64,000 nt of DNA from Mobula hypostoma (lineage: Eukaryota). Shown here piece after piece: positions 1 to 13,275 of this stretch. Every line of letters starts with the position of its first letter. Position 1 is the stretch's first letter. Position numbers and translations under genes: made by a program. The notes beneath the pieces are model-generated. The model ran no database searches. It worked only from the letters and a program-made list of their open reading frames with translations, and was not told the DNA's origin. The stretch covers positions 43,960,001-44,024,000 of the forward strand of contig NC_086108.1 of NCBI RefSeq assembly GCF_963921235.1. The letters are read 5' to 3'.

Positions 1-19
1 TATCTTTGTGTTTGTTCAA

Positions 20-180
20 AACTGAGATTGACAGATTTTTAGAGTTTAAGGGAGTCAAAGGGCATGGGTATAGTTATGGAAAATGATCCTGGGGTGTCTG
101 CTCAGTCATGATATTAATGAATAATGGAGCAGGCTCAAAGATCCAAATGGTCTACTCTGTTCCTGTTTCTTCTGTTCTTA
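20..180 (+). mobile_element. Old CR1 LINE 3' end fragment
   Basis: Resembles the CR1 3' UTR seen at 40910-41015 and 50400-50550 (atggagcaggctcaaag...atggtctactctgttcct). Confidence 0.55.
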
Positions 181-629
181 GGAGAATGAGGTATTCAGTC
201 TTTAACAAAAGAGATGTCTGTGGATGCAGATGGTCCACTTCATGTTCCAGATGCAAAACTATTTTGCAGCACTGTGTACTTCCAGTTTGACAAGCACATT
301 CCAATTTATAAAGTTTCCAGCCCAAGCAGTAATTCAATTCTGACCTGTTTACCTAAGAGTAAGCTTTGAAGAAACATGTCTGCATCTTGCCAGAAAATGA
401 ACATATGCTATATAGCATAATCCTGTTGCAGTGTAAAGCAGAGTAAAATCCAACTCTGAAGGTCACCAAAACAAAAGCTAAGACTGGAAAATTATTTCTT
501 GTAGGGTCATGTTGATTTGGCAGAGCTTTTGGGATGGCTCTCAGAAAAAAAAATACTGAGATGAATACCTACTTATAATAGTTGTGCCCATATATGTTAC
601 AGTTTAAGGTTAATTTGTCATTTTCTTCT

Positions 630-917
630 CAGAAACAGGCCTTTAGGTCCACTCAGTCTAGGCTAACCATCAAGCAAATCCAACTATATTTTTCCCCACA
701 TTCCCAACTTTTCTCTAATTCAACCACTCACCTGAATTTTAAAGGCAATTTGTGGAGGCCAATAAACCATTCTTTATGGGAGGAAAGCAGTGCATCTGGA
801 GGAAACGCATGTGGCCACATAGTGAAAGTGTGAGATTCGTGCAGACTGCATTGGATGTTACGACTGATCCATGTCACTGGTGTTGAGAAGCAAAAGCACT
901 TCTAGCTGTGTCATTGT
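630..917 (-). mobile_element. HE1-like V-SINE, diverged
   Basis: Reverse complement shows a tRNA-like head, the V-domain (gtttcctcc...tttcctcccata...aaattgcc) and a CR1-like tail (gggcctgtttc-like). Confidence 0.65.
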
Positions 918-1574
918 AGTTACAAAATACTACAATCATTCTGTGATTCTAGATTGAAATTAATTTTAGCAATTATTTCTTTGTCAATTTACTCCCAAAC
1001 TATTTTGCACAAACTTTGCCCATGTAAGTCATAATCTGGGTGATCTCTTCCTCCCCCCCCCCACTTCATATCTGATGTATGTACACGTGTTTATATATCA
1101 CACATTTAATATTGCCTACCATTTTAGGAAGGGCATTGATGAGAATGGGTGCACAATATGAATTTAATATCCCAACTCCCAACTCGAGCAATCATTAGGG
1201 TTTGACCCTTGTCATCAGCCATATGGGAACCAAGCTATGCAGCTCAATGCAGGGAGGAGGAAAGGAGGAGAAGTCACAGCCCCTTTCAGGCCCACTGTCT
1301 GTGGCCAACTTCTCAGATTGTACAGCAGTCCCAAAAAGTTTAATAAAGCAACAGTTCACATTCCTTTTATTGCTAGACAGAATCCACTGAATAAAGTGCT
1401 GAGTATTCCAAAATAAACTTGTATATCAACACCAGTTAAAGTCAACTGATCACTCCCATGTATTCCATTTGTTTACTGTTCTCACACTATGCTGCTGGAA
1501 GGCTGATGGCTGTCAGTGGAGGAGACTGCGGACGGGCTCAGAAGACAACCTTACACAGCTCTAGCCCTCAAGCC

Positions 1575-1855
1575 CTGGAAGGCCCATATTTGGGCTGCTC
1601 GCCATCCGATCCAGGACATGCCTTCTGCTCATTACTACCACTAGAGAGGAAGTACTGGAGCCTAAAGACCCACTCTTGACATTTTGGGAACAGCTTCTTC
1701 CCTTCTGCTATCAGATTTCTGAATGGTCCGTCAACATTACCTCACTTTCCTCTTTTGCACAATTTTTTATTGTGACTTCCAGTAATGTGTTCTGTCTGCA
1801 CTGTGCTGCTGCACAAAACGACAAATGTCAGTGACAATAAACCTGATTCTGATTT
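1575..1855 (+). mobile_element. Rex1/Babar LINE 3' fragment
   Basis: aacagcttcttccc...atcagatttctgaatgg followed by the terminal aataaacctgattctgatt shared with other copies in the window. Confidence 0.7.
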
Positions 1856-2039
1856 CCAAGTTTCATGATCAACAGTCCGGGCTGAATGGCAGGCCATGGC
1901 AAGGGTACTAGTAGATTAGCAGGTGTGGTACAGTATATAAATGCTGTCACTTTGATAGTGGATGACATTTTTGCTTAAGCATGCCAGGACTGCCTCTCTA
2001 GGGTAGTGTTTGTACACTGGTTTCTATTGTCAGAATGGT

Positions 2040-2442
2040 ACAGACTTTGGGCAGATGGGGCTCGTCAGCTGTGGTTGGCAGATCATTTATAAGAAGAAAA
2101 ACTCTGATCTCGAACCTCTGCCAGCTTGTGATTATACCCACTCATGGGGAAGGCTTCGGGAGTAAATCCTGAGGGGAGTGGAGGTGGGAGGAATCCCGAG
2201 CTAGAGTCCCTGATGCAGTTCTACATTGAGTTCGATGTTGACTGACAACTCCTGCAATGCCGCTGGTGCCAAACTGCATGGGTCTCTGCCGTTCTTTTGG
2301 ATTCATCAGCTGCATGGAGAGGGGGAGCCTGCTGCATGGGCATAAGCTTGCTCTCAAACAGCTTATCGTATGGCCCTGGCTTGCATATTACGTAGACAGT
2401 TAGGATGCAACATCCATGGTTGACCTCAACCAACAGAGGGCT
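2040..2442 (+). mobile_element. Putative non-autonomous element containing an RTE-type 5' UTR segment
   Basis: GC-rich island with agaagaaaaactctgatctcgaacctc...ggaaggcttcgggagtaaatcc, recalled as resembling RTE/Rex3 5' UTRs. No ORF, and the ends are uncertain. Confidence 0.4.
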
Positions 2443-2646
2443 TCCAATGGCATAGTCTAAACAATGGGGTAATTATCAAAATGCTTGTATGAAAAAGTAT
2501 CATGACATGAGAATAATCAGATCAAAAATGTGTAAACAATGGCAGTTAAATATCCTTCAACTACCTGGTTTAACTCTAGCTTCTTGAGAACCTTAACCAT
2601 TAGAAACCAGTTCAGCTCTATTATTTTTAACTTGTGTTTCTTTCAG

Positions 2647-2885
2647 GCACATCACATCGGGGAGGTTATTCCCACTCTTCAATTGTGTATGCCATAAAAG
2701 AATGTGGCATTCGTCACATTGACACTGCAAAAAAATATGGCTATGAATCGTATCTGAAGAAAGAGAGTGCTGTAAATCATGAGAACCTCTGGATAACAAC
2801 AAAGCTTTGGCCAGGGGATTATGGCATGGAGCAACCAAAGCAGCATGTTTGGAACGCTGCAAAAACCTCGGTGTGGATTATATTG
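2647..2885 (+). pseudogene. Aldo-keto reductase exon (zgc:110366/ZK1290.5-like) with a 1-nt frameshift
   Basis: Acceptor tttcag (AG 2645-2646) and donor gtaaga at 2886. Reads GTSHRGGYSH..ECGIRHIDTAKKYG..LWITTKLWPGDYG, containing the AKR catalytic Asp, Tyr and Lys. After 2825 the AKR-like sequence GATKAACLERCKNLGVDYI continues only in a shifted frame. The exon is 239 nt, whereas a phase1-phase1 exon needs a multiple of 3. Confidence 0.85.
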
Positions 2886-3451
2886 GTAAGAAGAAAAACC
2901 CAAATAAATTTTTTAAAAAATAATAGAAATGTTTTAATTATTAAATTGTTTGCTTTTTAAGTATGAATCTGGAATGACCTTACTGTTCATCTTGAAATTT
3001 ACATTTGGTCTATATTTTTCAGTTATGCTGTGGCTCCACACCCTGATTTAACTAGATCCCTGTCCCAAATTCCACTGCCTTGCATCCAAATTAGCAGTAA
3101 ATTAGAGCTTATCTAAGTCATGCTTCAGCTGCCGTCTTCTTAAACCATTCGTTTACAAAACTTTTACCATGTAATACTTCCAATTTAAATGGTTGATGCA
3201 GTAGGTATGTTAGTAGAACTTCAGTGTTAATGGTGCAGCTCAATGTAATTTAAAGACGTATTTGTGCCAAAAGACAAAGACCAGAGCAATCAGGAACTAA
3301 AGGTAGAAAAGGCAGCTCATGAAACTAAGATTTCAGCAGACTGCCTTTAATTCTTATGGTCAATGGTAATGAGAGTCATTCTGTGTGTGATGAAATGTTC
3401 ACAGTGTTTAACATGTTTTGAACTGAAACCAAAATATTCAGATAATAAAGA

Positions 3452-3568
3452 CAAACAGAAAATCTGCAGATGCTGGAAATCCAAGCAACACACACAAGAT
3501 GCTGAAGGAACTCAGCAAGCCAGGCAGTATCTTTTCAAGCCGAGACAACGTTTCAAGCCGAGACCCTT
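3452..3568 (-). mobile_element. Penelope terminal-repeat fragment
   Basis: Matches the reverse complement of the Penelope 3' end at 48168-48256 and the same-orientation copy at 22210-22330. It stops just before the CUGANGA hammerhead core. Confidence 0.75.
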
Positions 3569-3735
3569 GTTTTACTGTGTACTTACAGCCAGTCATGTAA
3601 ACTTGTTTAAGTTTTGGTCCTGTGCCTTCATAATGTGAATGCTGTACCTGGTAAATTTGTCTCAGGTATCAAGACAGCTTGAAATTTATTAATTACAAAA
3701 GCCTTCTGAATGTAATAATTAGATTAATTATTACA

Positions 3736-4160
3736 TAGATGTCCTGGGTACTAGCCTACAAAGTACCCAGGACATCTTCAAGGAGCGGTGTCTCAGAAAG
3801 ACAGCATCCATTATTAAGGACCTCCAGCACCCAGGGCATGCCCTTTTCTCACTGTTACCATCAGGTAGGAGGTACAGAAGCCTGAAGGCACACACTCAGT
3901 AATTCAGGTACAGCTTCTTCCCCTCTGCCATCCAATTCTTAAATGGACATTGAACCCTGGGACACTACCTCACTTTTTTAATACATATTATTTCTGTTTT
4001 TGCATGATTTTTAATCTATTCAATATACATATACTGTAATTGATTGACTTATTTATTATTACTTTTCTCTTCTATATTATGTATTACATTAAACTACTGC
4101 TGCTAAGTTAACAAATTTTATGACATATGCCAGTGATAATAAACCTGATTCTGATTCTGA
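3736..4160 (+). mobile_element. Rex1/Babar LINE 3' fragment
   Basis: Highly similar to 25210-25642, with the tail gataataaacctgattctgattctga. Confidence 0.8.
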
Positions 4161-4767
4161 AAATTGGGTTTAATTACAAGTGTTTATAAACATCTCAAAT
4201 GTTCTCCTGTTCAGTTGTTACATTTTGAAATCATTCAACTGAATTACTGTAATCTTTTTGATAGAAATATTATAATAGAATATCATAAACACACAGAACA
4301 GTATACATTATACATATAAAGCACTCCATTGAATATTGTAATCAATTCATCTCACAAGTTAACTTTCTTTACCATAATTATAAATATAGCTATGCAGAAT
4401 TCTTGCATGCTTAGTCTATGTCACATCCAATTATGCCTAACTCATATAAGCCATCTTCAGACTGCTTTAGTGTTTCTTCATATACTAAGGAATGCTTTGT
4501 TCTGCAAAAGGATTTTTTTCAAATCAGTCCTTGTACTGTTAGTTCCTTTCCAAATATTTATCATTGTGAAGGTGTGGTACCTGCCAGTCAGAAAATTGTT
4601 GGACTGGGACCCATTTCAAAACTTGCATACAAGATCCACACTGATACTTAAGTGCTGAATTAAAGAAGGTGGAATGACTGGAACCCTAAATTTCTCACTT
4701 GAATGTAAAAGATTTCATGTTAATTATGAATAAACATGGAAGCTTCCCATACCATTTTAGTGAGTTG

Positions 4768-5090
4768 TCATAGAGAGACGCAGTATAGAAATATGGCCTT
4801 CAATCCACTGAGTCTGCGTAAACCATCAAGCACCCATTTTACTAATCCTTCTCTAATTCACTGTCTCCACATTTCCACTAATTTATCTCCCTTTTTCCCC
4901 ATCCCACATCCAATGTCTACCACTCATCTACATGCTACAATTAACCTAACAACACTCACATTTTTGGGATATGGGGTGGAAACCCATGCAACTAAACAGC
5001 GAGTATGCAAACCCCACAGAGCAACTAAGATCAGAATTGAACCTGGATTGCTGCAGCTGTGAGGCAGCAGCTCCACAACTTGTCCCACAT
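4768..5090 (-). mobile_element. HE1-like V-SINE
   Basis: Reverse complement gives gtggagctgctgcctcacagctgcagcaatccaggttcaattc (tRNA-like head), a V-domain and a CR1-type tail. Confidence 0.7.
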
Positions 5091-5166
5091 AATATGAATC
5101 TTTCAACCGACCCTTTAACAACCTATTACTGCTTACATGTTTGATACTGCCTTTACCTATCATATA

Positions 5167-6718
5167 CAGTGCCTGTTAAAAGTATTCACCCCCACCACTG
5201 AAAGTTTTCAAGTTTTATTGTTTTGCAACATTGAATCACAGAGGATTTAATTTGGCTTTTTTTTCCAACAGAAAAAGACTTTTTTGTGTCAAAGTGAAAA
5301 CAGATCTCAACAAAGTGATCTAAATTACAAATATAAAACACAAATTAACTGATTTTAATAAGTTTTCACCCCCTTTAATATGACACACCATACCATCACT
5401 GGTGCAGCCAATTTGTTTTAGAAGTCACATATTAGTTAAATGGAGATCTGTTTCTGGAGACCTGTGTGCAGTCAAGGTGTTTCAATTGAACGTAGTAAAA
5501 GTACACCTATATCTGGAAGGTTCAGCTGCTGGTGAGTAAGTATGCTGGCAAAACTATACCATGAAGACAAAAGAATGCTTCAAGCAACTCCACGACAAGG
5601 TTATTGAAAAGGACGAGTCAGGAGATGGATACAAGAAAATTTCTGAGTCACTGAATATCCCTTGGAGTACAGTTAATTCAATCATCAATAAATAGAAAGA
5701 ATATGGCACAGCTGTAAATCTGTCTAGAGCAGGCCATTCTCAAAAACTGAGTGACCGTGCAAGAAGGGGATTAGTGAGGGAGGCTGTCAAGAGACTTATG
5801 ACAACTCTGGAGGAGTTACAAGCCTCAGTGGCTGGGAGAGACTGAACATACAACACTGTTGCCCAGGTGCTTCACCAGTCGCAGCTTTATGGGAGAGTGG
5901 CAGAGAGAGAGCGACTGCTGGAAAAAAAAACTCACATGAAATCTCAGCTAAAGTTTACCAGAAGGCACATGGGAGACTGAAGTCAGATGGAAAAAAGGTT
6001 CTATGGTCTGATGAAACCAAAATTGAGCTTTTTGGCCGTCAGATTAAACTGCACATCATCAAAAACACACCATCCCTACTGTGAAACATGGTGGTGGCTG
6101 TATCATGCTGTGGGGATGCTTCACTGCAGGAGGCCCTGGAAGACTTATGAAAGTAAAGAGTAAAATGAATGCAGCAAAATACAGGGAAATCCTGGAGGAA
6201 AACCAGATGCAGTCTGCAAGAGAACTGCGACTTGGGAGAAGATTTGTTTTCCAACTAGATAATTACCCCAAACATAAAACCAAAGCTACACGAGAATAAC
6301 TTAAAAACAACAAGGTTAACATCCTGGAGTTGCTAAGTCAGAGCCCAGACCTCAATCCATTTGAGAATTTGTGGCTGGACTTGAAAAGGACTGTTCATTT
6401 ACATGCAATCTGACTGAGCTTGTGCTGTTTTGTAAAGGAGAATGGGGGAAAATTGCAGTGTCCAGATGTGCAAAGATGATAGAGACCTATCCACATAGAC
6501 TCAAGGCTATAATTGCTGCCAAGTTGCATCTACTATATACTGACTTGAAGGGGGTGAGTAATTATGCAATCAATTATTGTGTTTAGTAGTTGTAATAAAT
6601 TTAGATCAATTTGTAGAATTTTTTTTCATTTTGAAACGTTGTTGATAAGTGTCAAAAAATCCAAATTAAATCCACTGTGATTCATGTTGTAAAACAATAA
6701 AACATGAAAGCTTAACTG
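5167..6718 (+). mobile_element. Tc1 (IR/DR type) transposon with decayed transposase (ATG 5561 to ~6546)
   Basis: TA-flanked ends cagtgcc...actg with ~210 bp TIRs bearing direct repeats. Motifs VLWSDETKIELFG, KHGGGCIMLWGCF, FQLDNYPKH and SQSPDLNPFENLW are interrupted by stops and frameshifts. Confidence 0.92.
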
Positions 6719-6988
6719 TAAATGTATATGCTAATGACTACACTTGATGAATACTTTATTTTCTTTAAAGCTTTTTGGGATGCCCTGAAAGTGTGAAAAG
6801 TACCATATAAATGCAAGTTCTTTAATTTAAAGCATATCGAATTTTCTTCTTATTTCACATTTCCTTTACAATTAAATTTAACAATATAGTTTTTTATCTA
6901 CCTTTCTTTAAAATTAAAACTAAAAATCTCAAACAAGACACATTGCAGAATTGAGAAATACAGATTCACACTTTAGTTGAGACTTTTC

Positions 6989-7885
6989 ATAAGACCATAA
7001 GACAGGAGCAGAAATAGATTATTAGGCCCATCAAGTCTGTTCCACCATTCTATAATGGCTGATTTATTATCCCTCTCAACCCCATACCCCTGCTTTCTCC
7101 CTATAACTTCTGATGCCCTCACTAATCAAGAAGCTATCAACCTTCACTTTAAATATAATCAATGACTTGGCCTCCACAGTTGTCTGTGGCAATGAATTTC
7201 ACAGTTTCACCACCCTCTGGCCAAAGAAATTCCTCCTCATCTCTGTTCTGAAGGGACATCCCTCTATTCTGAGGCTGTGCCCTCTAATCCTAGACTCTCC
7301 TACTATTGGAAACATACTCTTCACATCCACTCTACCCAGGCCTTTCAATATTCAATAGGTTTTAATGAGAGTACCCTGCTCTACACTTCAGCGAGCACAG
7401 GCTCAGAACCATCAAACACCTCCCATACTTTAACCCTTATGTTCTGGGGTCATTCTCGTAAACTTCCTCTGGACCCTCTCCAATGCCAGTGCATCCTTTT
7501 TTAGATACAGAGCCCAAAACAGCTTGCAATAGTCCACATGTGGTTTGACCAATGTCTTATAAAGCCTCAGCATTACATCCTTGCTTGTATATTGTAGTCC
7601 TTTTGAAATTAATGTTAATGTTGCATTTGTCTTCCTTACTACTGACTCAGACTGCAAGTTCTGTGCTAGGACTCCCAAGTCTCCTTGCACTTCTGATTTA
7701 TGAATTTACCACCCATTTATAAAATAGTCTCTGCCTTTTATTCTTTCTACCAAAGTGCATGACCATACACTTCCCTACGCTGTGTTTCATTTGCCATTTC
7801 TTGGACCATTCTCCTAATTTGTCCAAGTCCTTCTGTAAGCTCCTTGCTTCCTCAACACAACCTGCCCCTCTGCCTATCTTTGTGA
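6989..7885 (-). mobile_element. CR1 LINE, 3' part
   Basis: Minus-strand ORFs LQKDLDKLGEWSKKWQM and LYKTLVKPHVDYC..LERVQRKFTRM, with a (cataagac)n tail. Confidence 0.85.
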
Positions 7886-10381
7886 TGGAAAATGCTTCTG
7901 ATTTTTTATGCCTTTTTATTCCCAGCATCAATTGATCTGTTTTGTAGTTCCATTATTTTCATTTCCATTTCTCAGTACCTGTTTAGCTTGATGAGCTCTT
8001 TCTCGATTTGTAACATAGAGGAAGGAAGTAAATTTGTATTAACTGTCCTTTGCTGCCATTTCATTTTAAAAATTTGCTGGCAATGACCACTTATAACAAA
8101 TGATATAGTATATTTGCTTTAAAATATTCTGAAGGGGTCATTGTTAGTAGCACATTTTAAAAGTTGATGCTTGCCCTCTTTAGATTTTTTTAATATTTTA
8201 AAAGGCAGGATATGATGTCAGGAGAAGGTTGTAACGCAGAACTTGTTATTTGTATGATTTGGCAATGAACAGCTGAACAAACAATACCTTGGAATTCACT
8301 TGTAATCATCATATAAAGGGCAAACATTAACAGCAGACTATTTGCATTGTTGAGTAGGTGCCTATCTATTTCCGTCTTTGCAAACTGTAGTTGCTATAGT
8401 TGGACTTATTATTGTTTTGAATTTCTTAGACACTCATCGGGGGAAAGCTGGCAATTAGCATCGCGCAATGCAGCTGATAAGGAGGGACTGTTTTTAAAAA
8501 ATTGCACAATAAATTCCATGACTTCTATTATTTCTACAGAGCATCTTTTTATTTTGGGTTATAAACACTTGATTATACTTTTTTGGCCTCAACCTGCACG
8601 TATATTTATCGGGGAGGAAGTGACCAAGCATGTGTGAGGGTGAGATAAATTAGTTACCATTTGTGCCAGCTGTTTGCAATAGATTTTAAACCTTCATGTG
8701 CTGCTGTTGTATGAGGTGAGGGCTGTCATCCACCAACTGAATCTATGCAAGCCTTTTGTGTCCGTTTTGCAAAATGGACCTTATATTAAGGAATGTTCAA
8801 ACTAACCCATCATTTTGTAAAAATAATGTTAGTAAAGCATAGGGTGGTACGACTTACTTATGTGACAATAGTTAGTGCCTTGTCCTTAATGAGCCAAGAC
8901 AAAATCTCCATTACTATTGCACCATGAAATTTAGACTTTGCAGAGATGTCAATACATGAAGTGTCCTGCTGTGGAAGTTTGCAGTAAAGCAAAGGTGGCC
9001 TGGAGCAGGTATAGTCAAGTAAGACCTTCGGAGACACCGTTGCTTACTGCAAACCAGATAGATGCAGCAGCATGTAATCAAACCAAACATGTGAGGCCTC
9101 TGTAGTGAGACTTCTCCAGAATGTTCTTCCTAAAACCCAGCATCCCTTTACAGAATAGGGGGTGCCGGAGACAGACAAGATAACAGAAGGATGTGAAACA
9201 TGCCCAACAACTAACAATCTATTGTCTTTACTAACTTCAAAATATCATCGGCTGTCCACTTGAAATCTAGACTGACTTTGTGGTGAAACCTCTATTGTGA
9301 ATGCCAATTGACTTTGTGAGTAAGGAATTCAAACATATACGATTTACGATAATCTATATCTATAACTGATAAGTCATTGGACAAGTAAAATAAAAATGAA
9401 TGCTTGAGTGGTAAGAGTGCATGTGTTCTGTGCCTAGTTATTTTAGTTATTTTATTATTGGCGACAACTGTTACTTAGAGTCTGTTGGTAGATAGAATAT
9501 GTCCTCAGAGGCAGAAGTGTAGCTTCCAACACCAGGTGTTAGCCATGCTTTTGGAAGGAACTGCCATTTTTACCAGAAATCTAGTCAGAGACAGAGTTTG
9601 GAACAAAGTTCCTTCAGTTAAAATTTTCCTCTGCTGATGGAGGAAGGAATCTAAGCTGATTTTTTGGCTTGGAATTTGTTGAGAGCTTTCAAATAGTGGA
9701 GAAATCTGAGGGTTCTGTGAGTTAGTTTCAGCCCCATTGCTATCTGGAAGTACCAAAATCAGGTGCTTCCTCAAGAGTTAGAAGAGGGAGTGATGTCTCC
9801 AGGTCGCTTGTGTTTCTTCTACCAGCATGTTCAGACTGCAGTTGGTAGAAGATTTGGATGTTTGCATGCTTTCTTAACTTTGCATGTGACTGTATGATAC
9901 CAATTTCTGGATTGGATTTGTGGGCCAAGAATAAAATCTAGTTGATGATAAAATTGGTACTGTTACACAATTAGCATGTACTGAATATTCATGCAGTGAT
10001 TGTACATGACATGCATACAGTAGTCGAATAAAAGGACAAAATAGATTACTGTTGGATGCTATTTTAAAACAAAAGATCCATCAATCTTAATTGAGATTGA
10101 ATTCTTACAATAATTTGTTTTTGTACCTTGACTTTGTAAATAAGCAAATAATGCATTATATCTCTCAAGCAATATATCTCAGAAATATGCTGTTGTACGT
10201 GAAAATGACCTTTCAGACCTTTAACCTGCTTTTTGACAGTTTACACTTTATCAGAATAACAACTGTATGTCTTAAATTTTGTAAGTACTAACCTTTCATT
10301 CTGTGAAGTAGTAACTAATTTCTGATTGGTGTATACAACTTCCACAATAAGTCAAATATGTATTATAAAGATACATTAATA

Positions 10382-11219
10382 CAGGTTGAGTATTCCTTAC
10401 CCAAAATGCTTAGGGCTGGAAGTGTTTTGGATTTCAGATTTTTCATATTTTGGAATATATAATGAGGTAGCTTGGGATTGCCATCACTTCCGACTCTGAA
10501 TTTATGTGCTACCGGTAAGCAGTCTTTGTCTTACACTTGTTCATCACACATGTGAACTTAATAGTAAAAATTGTTACATACCGTTAAAGCAATAAAAATA
10601 TAATGTGTGCACAGTTATAAGAGCAGCATAACAGCATCATGGGAATACCTGAATCAGCTGTTGAATGACAACAAACAAAGGCAGGCTTTCAGTCTCCACC
10701 TACAATGCTATGTTTTGATTAAAAGATTACAGTACACTATATTTTTATTTTACTTTGTTTTTATACCTTACATAAAACCTGAAAAATCGCTATTTTAGAC
10801 TTGTTCTGGTATTAGATTTTCATCAGCAACAATCTGGCAAACTCAATAAACTTTCTGCTGCTTCATGATCAGCAGGCACTTTAAAAAATTTAATGCTGTG
10901 TCTTTTCTTAAATTTCTGCAATCAGCCTGCTGAATATTCACAATTACCTTCAATTTTCAGTTTGCCATGATGAATCTGCTTGTTTCATGATCAGCATACC
11001 ATTAACTGGCAAATGTTCAAAATGATGCTGACAAATCCAGTCTTTCAATATATGATCAAGATCTTAACTTTTCGCTTTTTACAATGCTTTTTTTTATATT
11101 TCATTAACTTCGGTTCATTATATACAATATGTGAGGTCACTCTTCAGAACTGTCTGCGGGGCGCAGAGACCTATACTTGAGTACCATCTTTTAACTTGAA
11201 ATGTTCAGTCTGGTCCCAG
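10382..11219. mobile_element. Tigger/pogo-type (Tigger4/MER46-like) DNA transposon remnant
   Basis: TA followed by caggttgagtattccttacccaaaatgcttagg, a Tigger-like TIR. A partial opposite TIR (ctggtcccag) lies near 11210. Confidence 0.6.
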
Positions 11220-12532
11220 AAATTATAATGATCTATAGAAGTTCTAAGCTACAAATTTTACTGTATATTACAACTTTATTCTGTGATATTCTCAGAATTT
11301 AATGAATATTAATTGTCATACTTGTATGTATTCTACAAATCATAATTTTGATGCTGAGTCCTGCTTGCATTTGATTTGCTAATGCAGAAATGTATCACAA
11401 TAATCTGGATGCCATTTCTGGAAAGCATGCTTGAACAAATGTAAAATTTCACTGTATAAATCCCAGCTTGTTTAGTCTAGCTCTTGGAACCATCTACAAA
11501 TGTGTGCCCTTTAAATTTAGATTAGATTAGATTAGATTCAACTTTATTGTCATAAAAACCACCCTGTCTCTCTTCGCTACCATCACATATTGCACTTGAC
11601 CCTTCACAATCTAATCACTCAAGACTCTTTTACCTTCCCCCCCCCCCGCATTTCCTCTCATTTGTGCTGTTAACTATGCTTTGTTGGCTCTTCACAGCAA
11701 CTAGCACTCGCACTGCCCCACAACCCACCTGAAACTCTTGTGAGCATTTCATACAATGCTCATACTTTATGCTTCATGCAGTAAAAATTTACAAAAGTGG
11801 ATCCTTGGAGAAACCACAATGGCATTCCAGTTATTACATATTTGACACGAAGTACCCGATTCAACTTCCAGAGCATAATTTGCAAAATTTAGATTTCTAA
11901 TGCATGAGTTTTTGTGAGATATGAGAATTGCACAACACCAATATCAGACTACCAGTGCCATTCTAGAGCTGATTTCTGCAGGTAAAATAATTTTACTTAC
12001 ACCGAACTGAATGGTTTTCTTTCTCCATTTCCTCCCTTTTGTTAACTGCATGCTTAGAATCTCCTACTTGTATTATTTAAAGTGATTATCAATGATTCTC
12101 AGGTTGATCTCTATGTGCTACTACAAATATCAGATGAGTGCTCGTTTGGTGATTTCTAATGTTCTTTAATTTGTTAGAGTAAACAGGGAATGGTGAGGCA
12201 GGTGCTAAAGGAACTTTATTTTTAAAGAAAAGCACATTGTATGAAATACCCAGTTCAGGCAGCATTTATGGGAAATAAAACTGAGTCGATGACCTTTCCT
12301 CAGAACTAGAAAAAAAAAGTTTAAAATCGAACACATTTTTAATGATGGAGAAGGGTATTGAAGGAACCTTTACTGATCTGATGTTTTTACACAGACGGGA
12401 GAAAACCCCAGCTATGTATAGAGCCAGAAGGGATACGAGAGGTTCTAAATGAATAATTTTCAATGGTGTTCACAGAGAAGCAGACTTTGTGATTGGAGAA
12501 CTCATCAAAGGGGAAGGAGAAAGTGAAATTCT

Positions 12533-12667
12533 GGTAACACACTCAGAATGCTGGAGGAACTTAATAGGTCAGGCAGCAGCTATAGAGAGTTTTGAATGAC
12601 CAGTGGAGTTTCTCCAGTGTCTGTGTGTGCAAATCTCAAGACTTCATCTTCAGAATTTTTTGTGTTG
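12533..12667. mobile_element. Old fold-back Penelope-derived mini-element
   Basis: Arms acacactcagaatgctggaggaact and gagtttctccagtgtctgtgtgtg are inverted. Candidate TSD gtgaaat(t/c)ct at 12523-12532 and 12668-12677. Confidence 0.55.
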
Positions 12668-12689
12668 GTGAAATCCTAATACAGATTTC

Positions 12690-13275
12690 CATGTGTTTTA
12701 GTAAGGCCTCAGCAATAGTAGAGGGTTGTTTCCATGATTGAATGTCTGTGACTAATGGCGTCACACAGGGATTGGTGCTGTTTGTAATATATATGAGTGA
12801 TATGGATCTAGATGTAGGAGACGTGATCAGTAAGTGCCTATTAAGTTTGGTAGAGTCGTTGACAGTGTGGATGATAATCTTGGGTTTCTGAGTGATATTA
12901 ACGTATTGGTGAAATGGCAGATAAAGTTTAATCCTGATGAATGTGAGGAATGGATTTTTGGAGTACTAATGAGGCTAAGACAGCCACCATGAATGGTAAG
13001 GTCCTGGGTGGATGGAGAAGCAGAGAGACCTTGGTGTCCAAAATTCCTTGAAGATTGCACTGTAGGCAATAATGTAGTTAAAAAAGCATAAGGGATACTG
13101 CACTGCCAGACAGAGTTGTGAAGCAGAGCTACAAACAGCATTTAACAGCACTTGAATCACCTTGGCATTGAAGGATACAGAACCAGTGCTTGAAGATGGA
13201 ATTAACATGGATGGGTTCCAATGATCAGTGTGGACTTTTGAGCTAAATAGCCTGTTTCCATGCTGTATGACTTAA
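12690..13275 (+). mobile_element. Old CR1 LINE fragment
   Basis: Degenerate RT segment (tctgtgactaatggcgtcacacagggattggtgctg; aaatggcagataaagtttaatcc) and a CR1 tail. Confidence 0.65.

Noticed and set aside
2634..2960. 108-aa ORF as a complete gene
   Set aside because: It is one exon plus intronic read-through. Its C-terminal part is the wrong frame after the frameshift.
9505..9928. Two overlapping minus-strand ORFs in repeat-poor sequence
   Set aside because: No recognisable domain, no consistent splice signals, and stops in the alternative frames. A decayed coding relic cannot be excluded without a BLASTX search.
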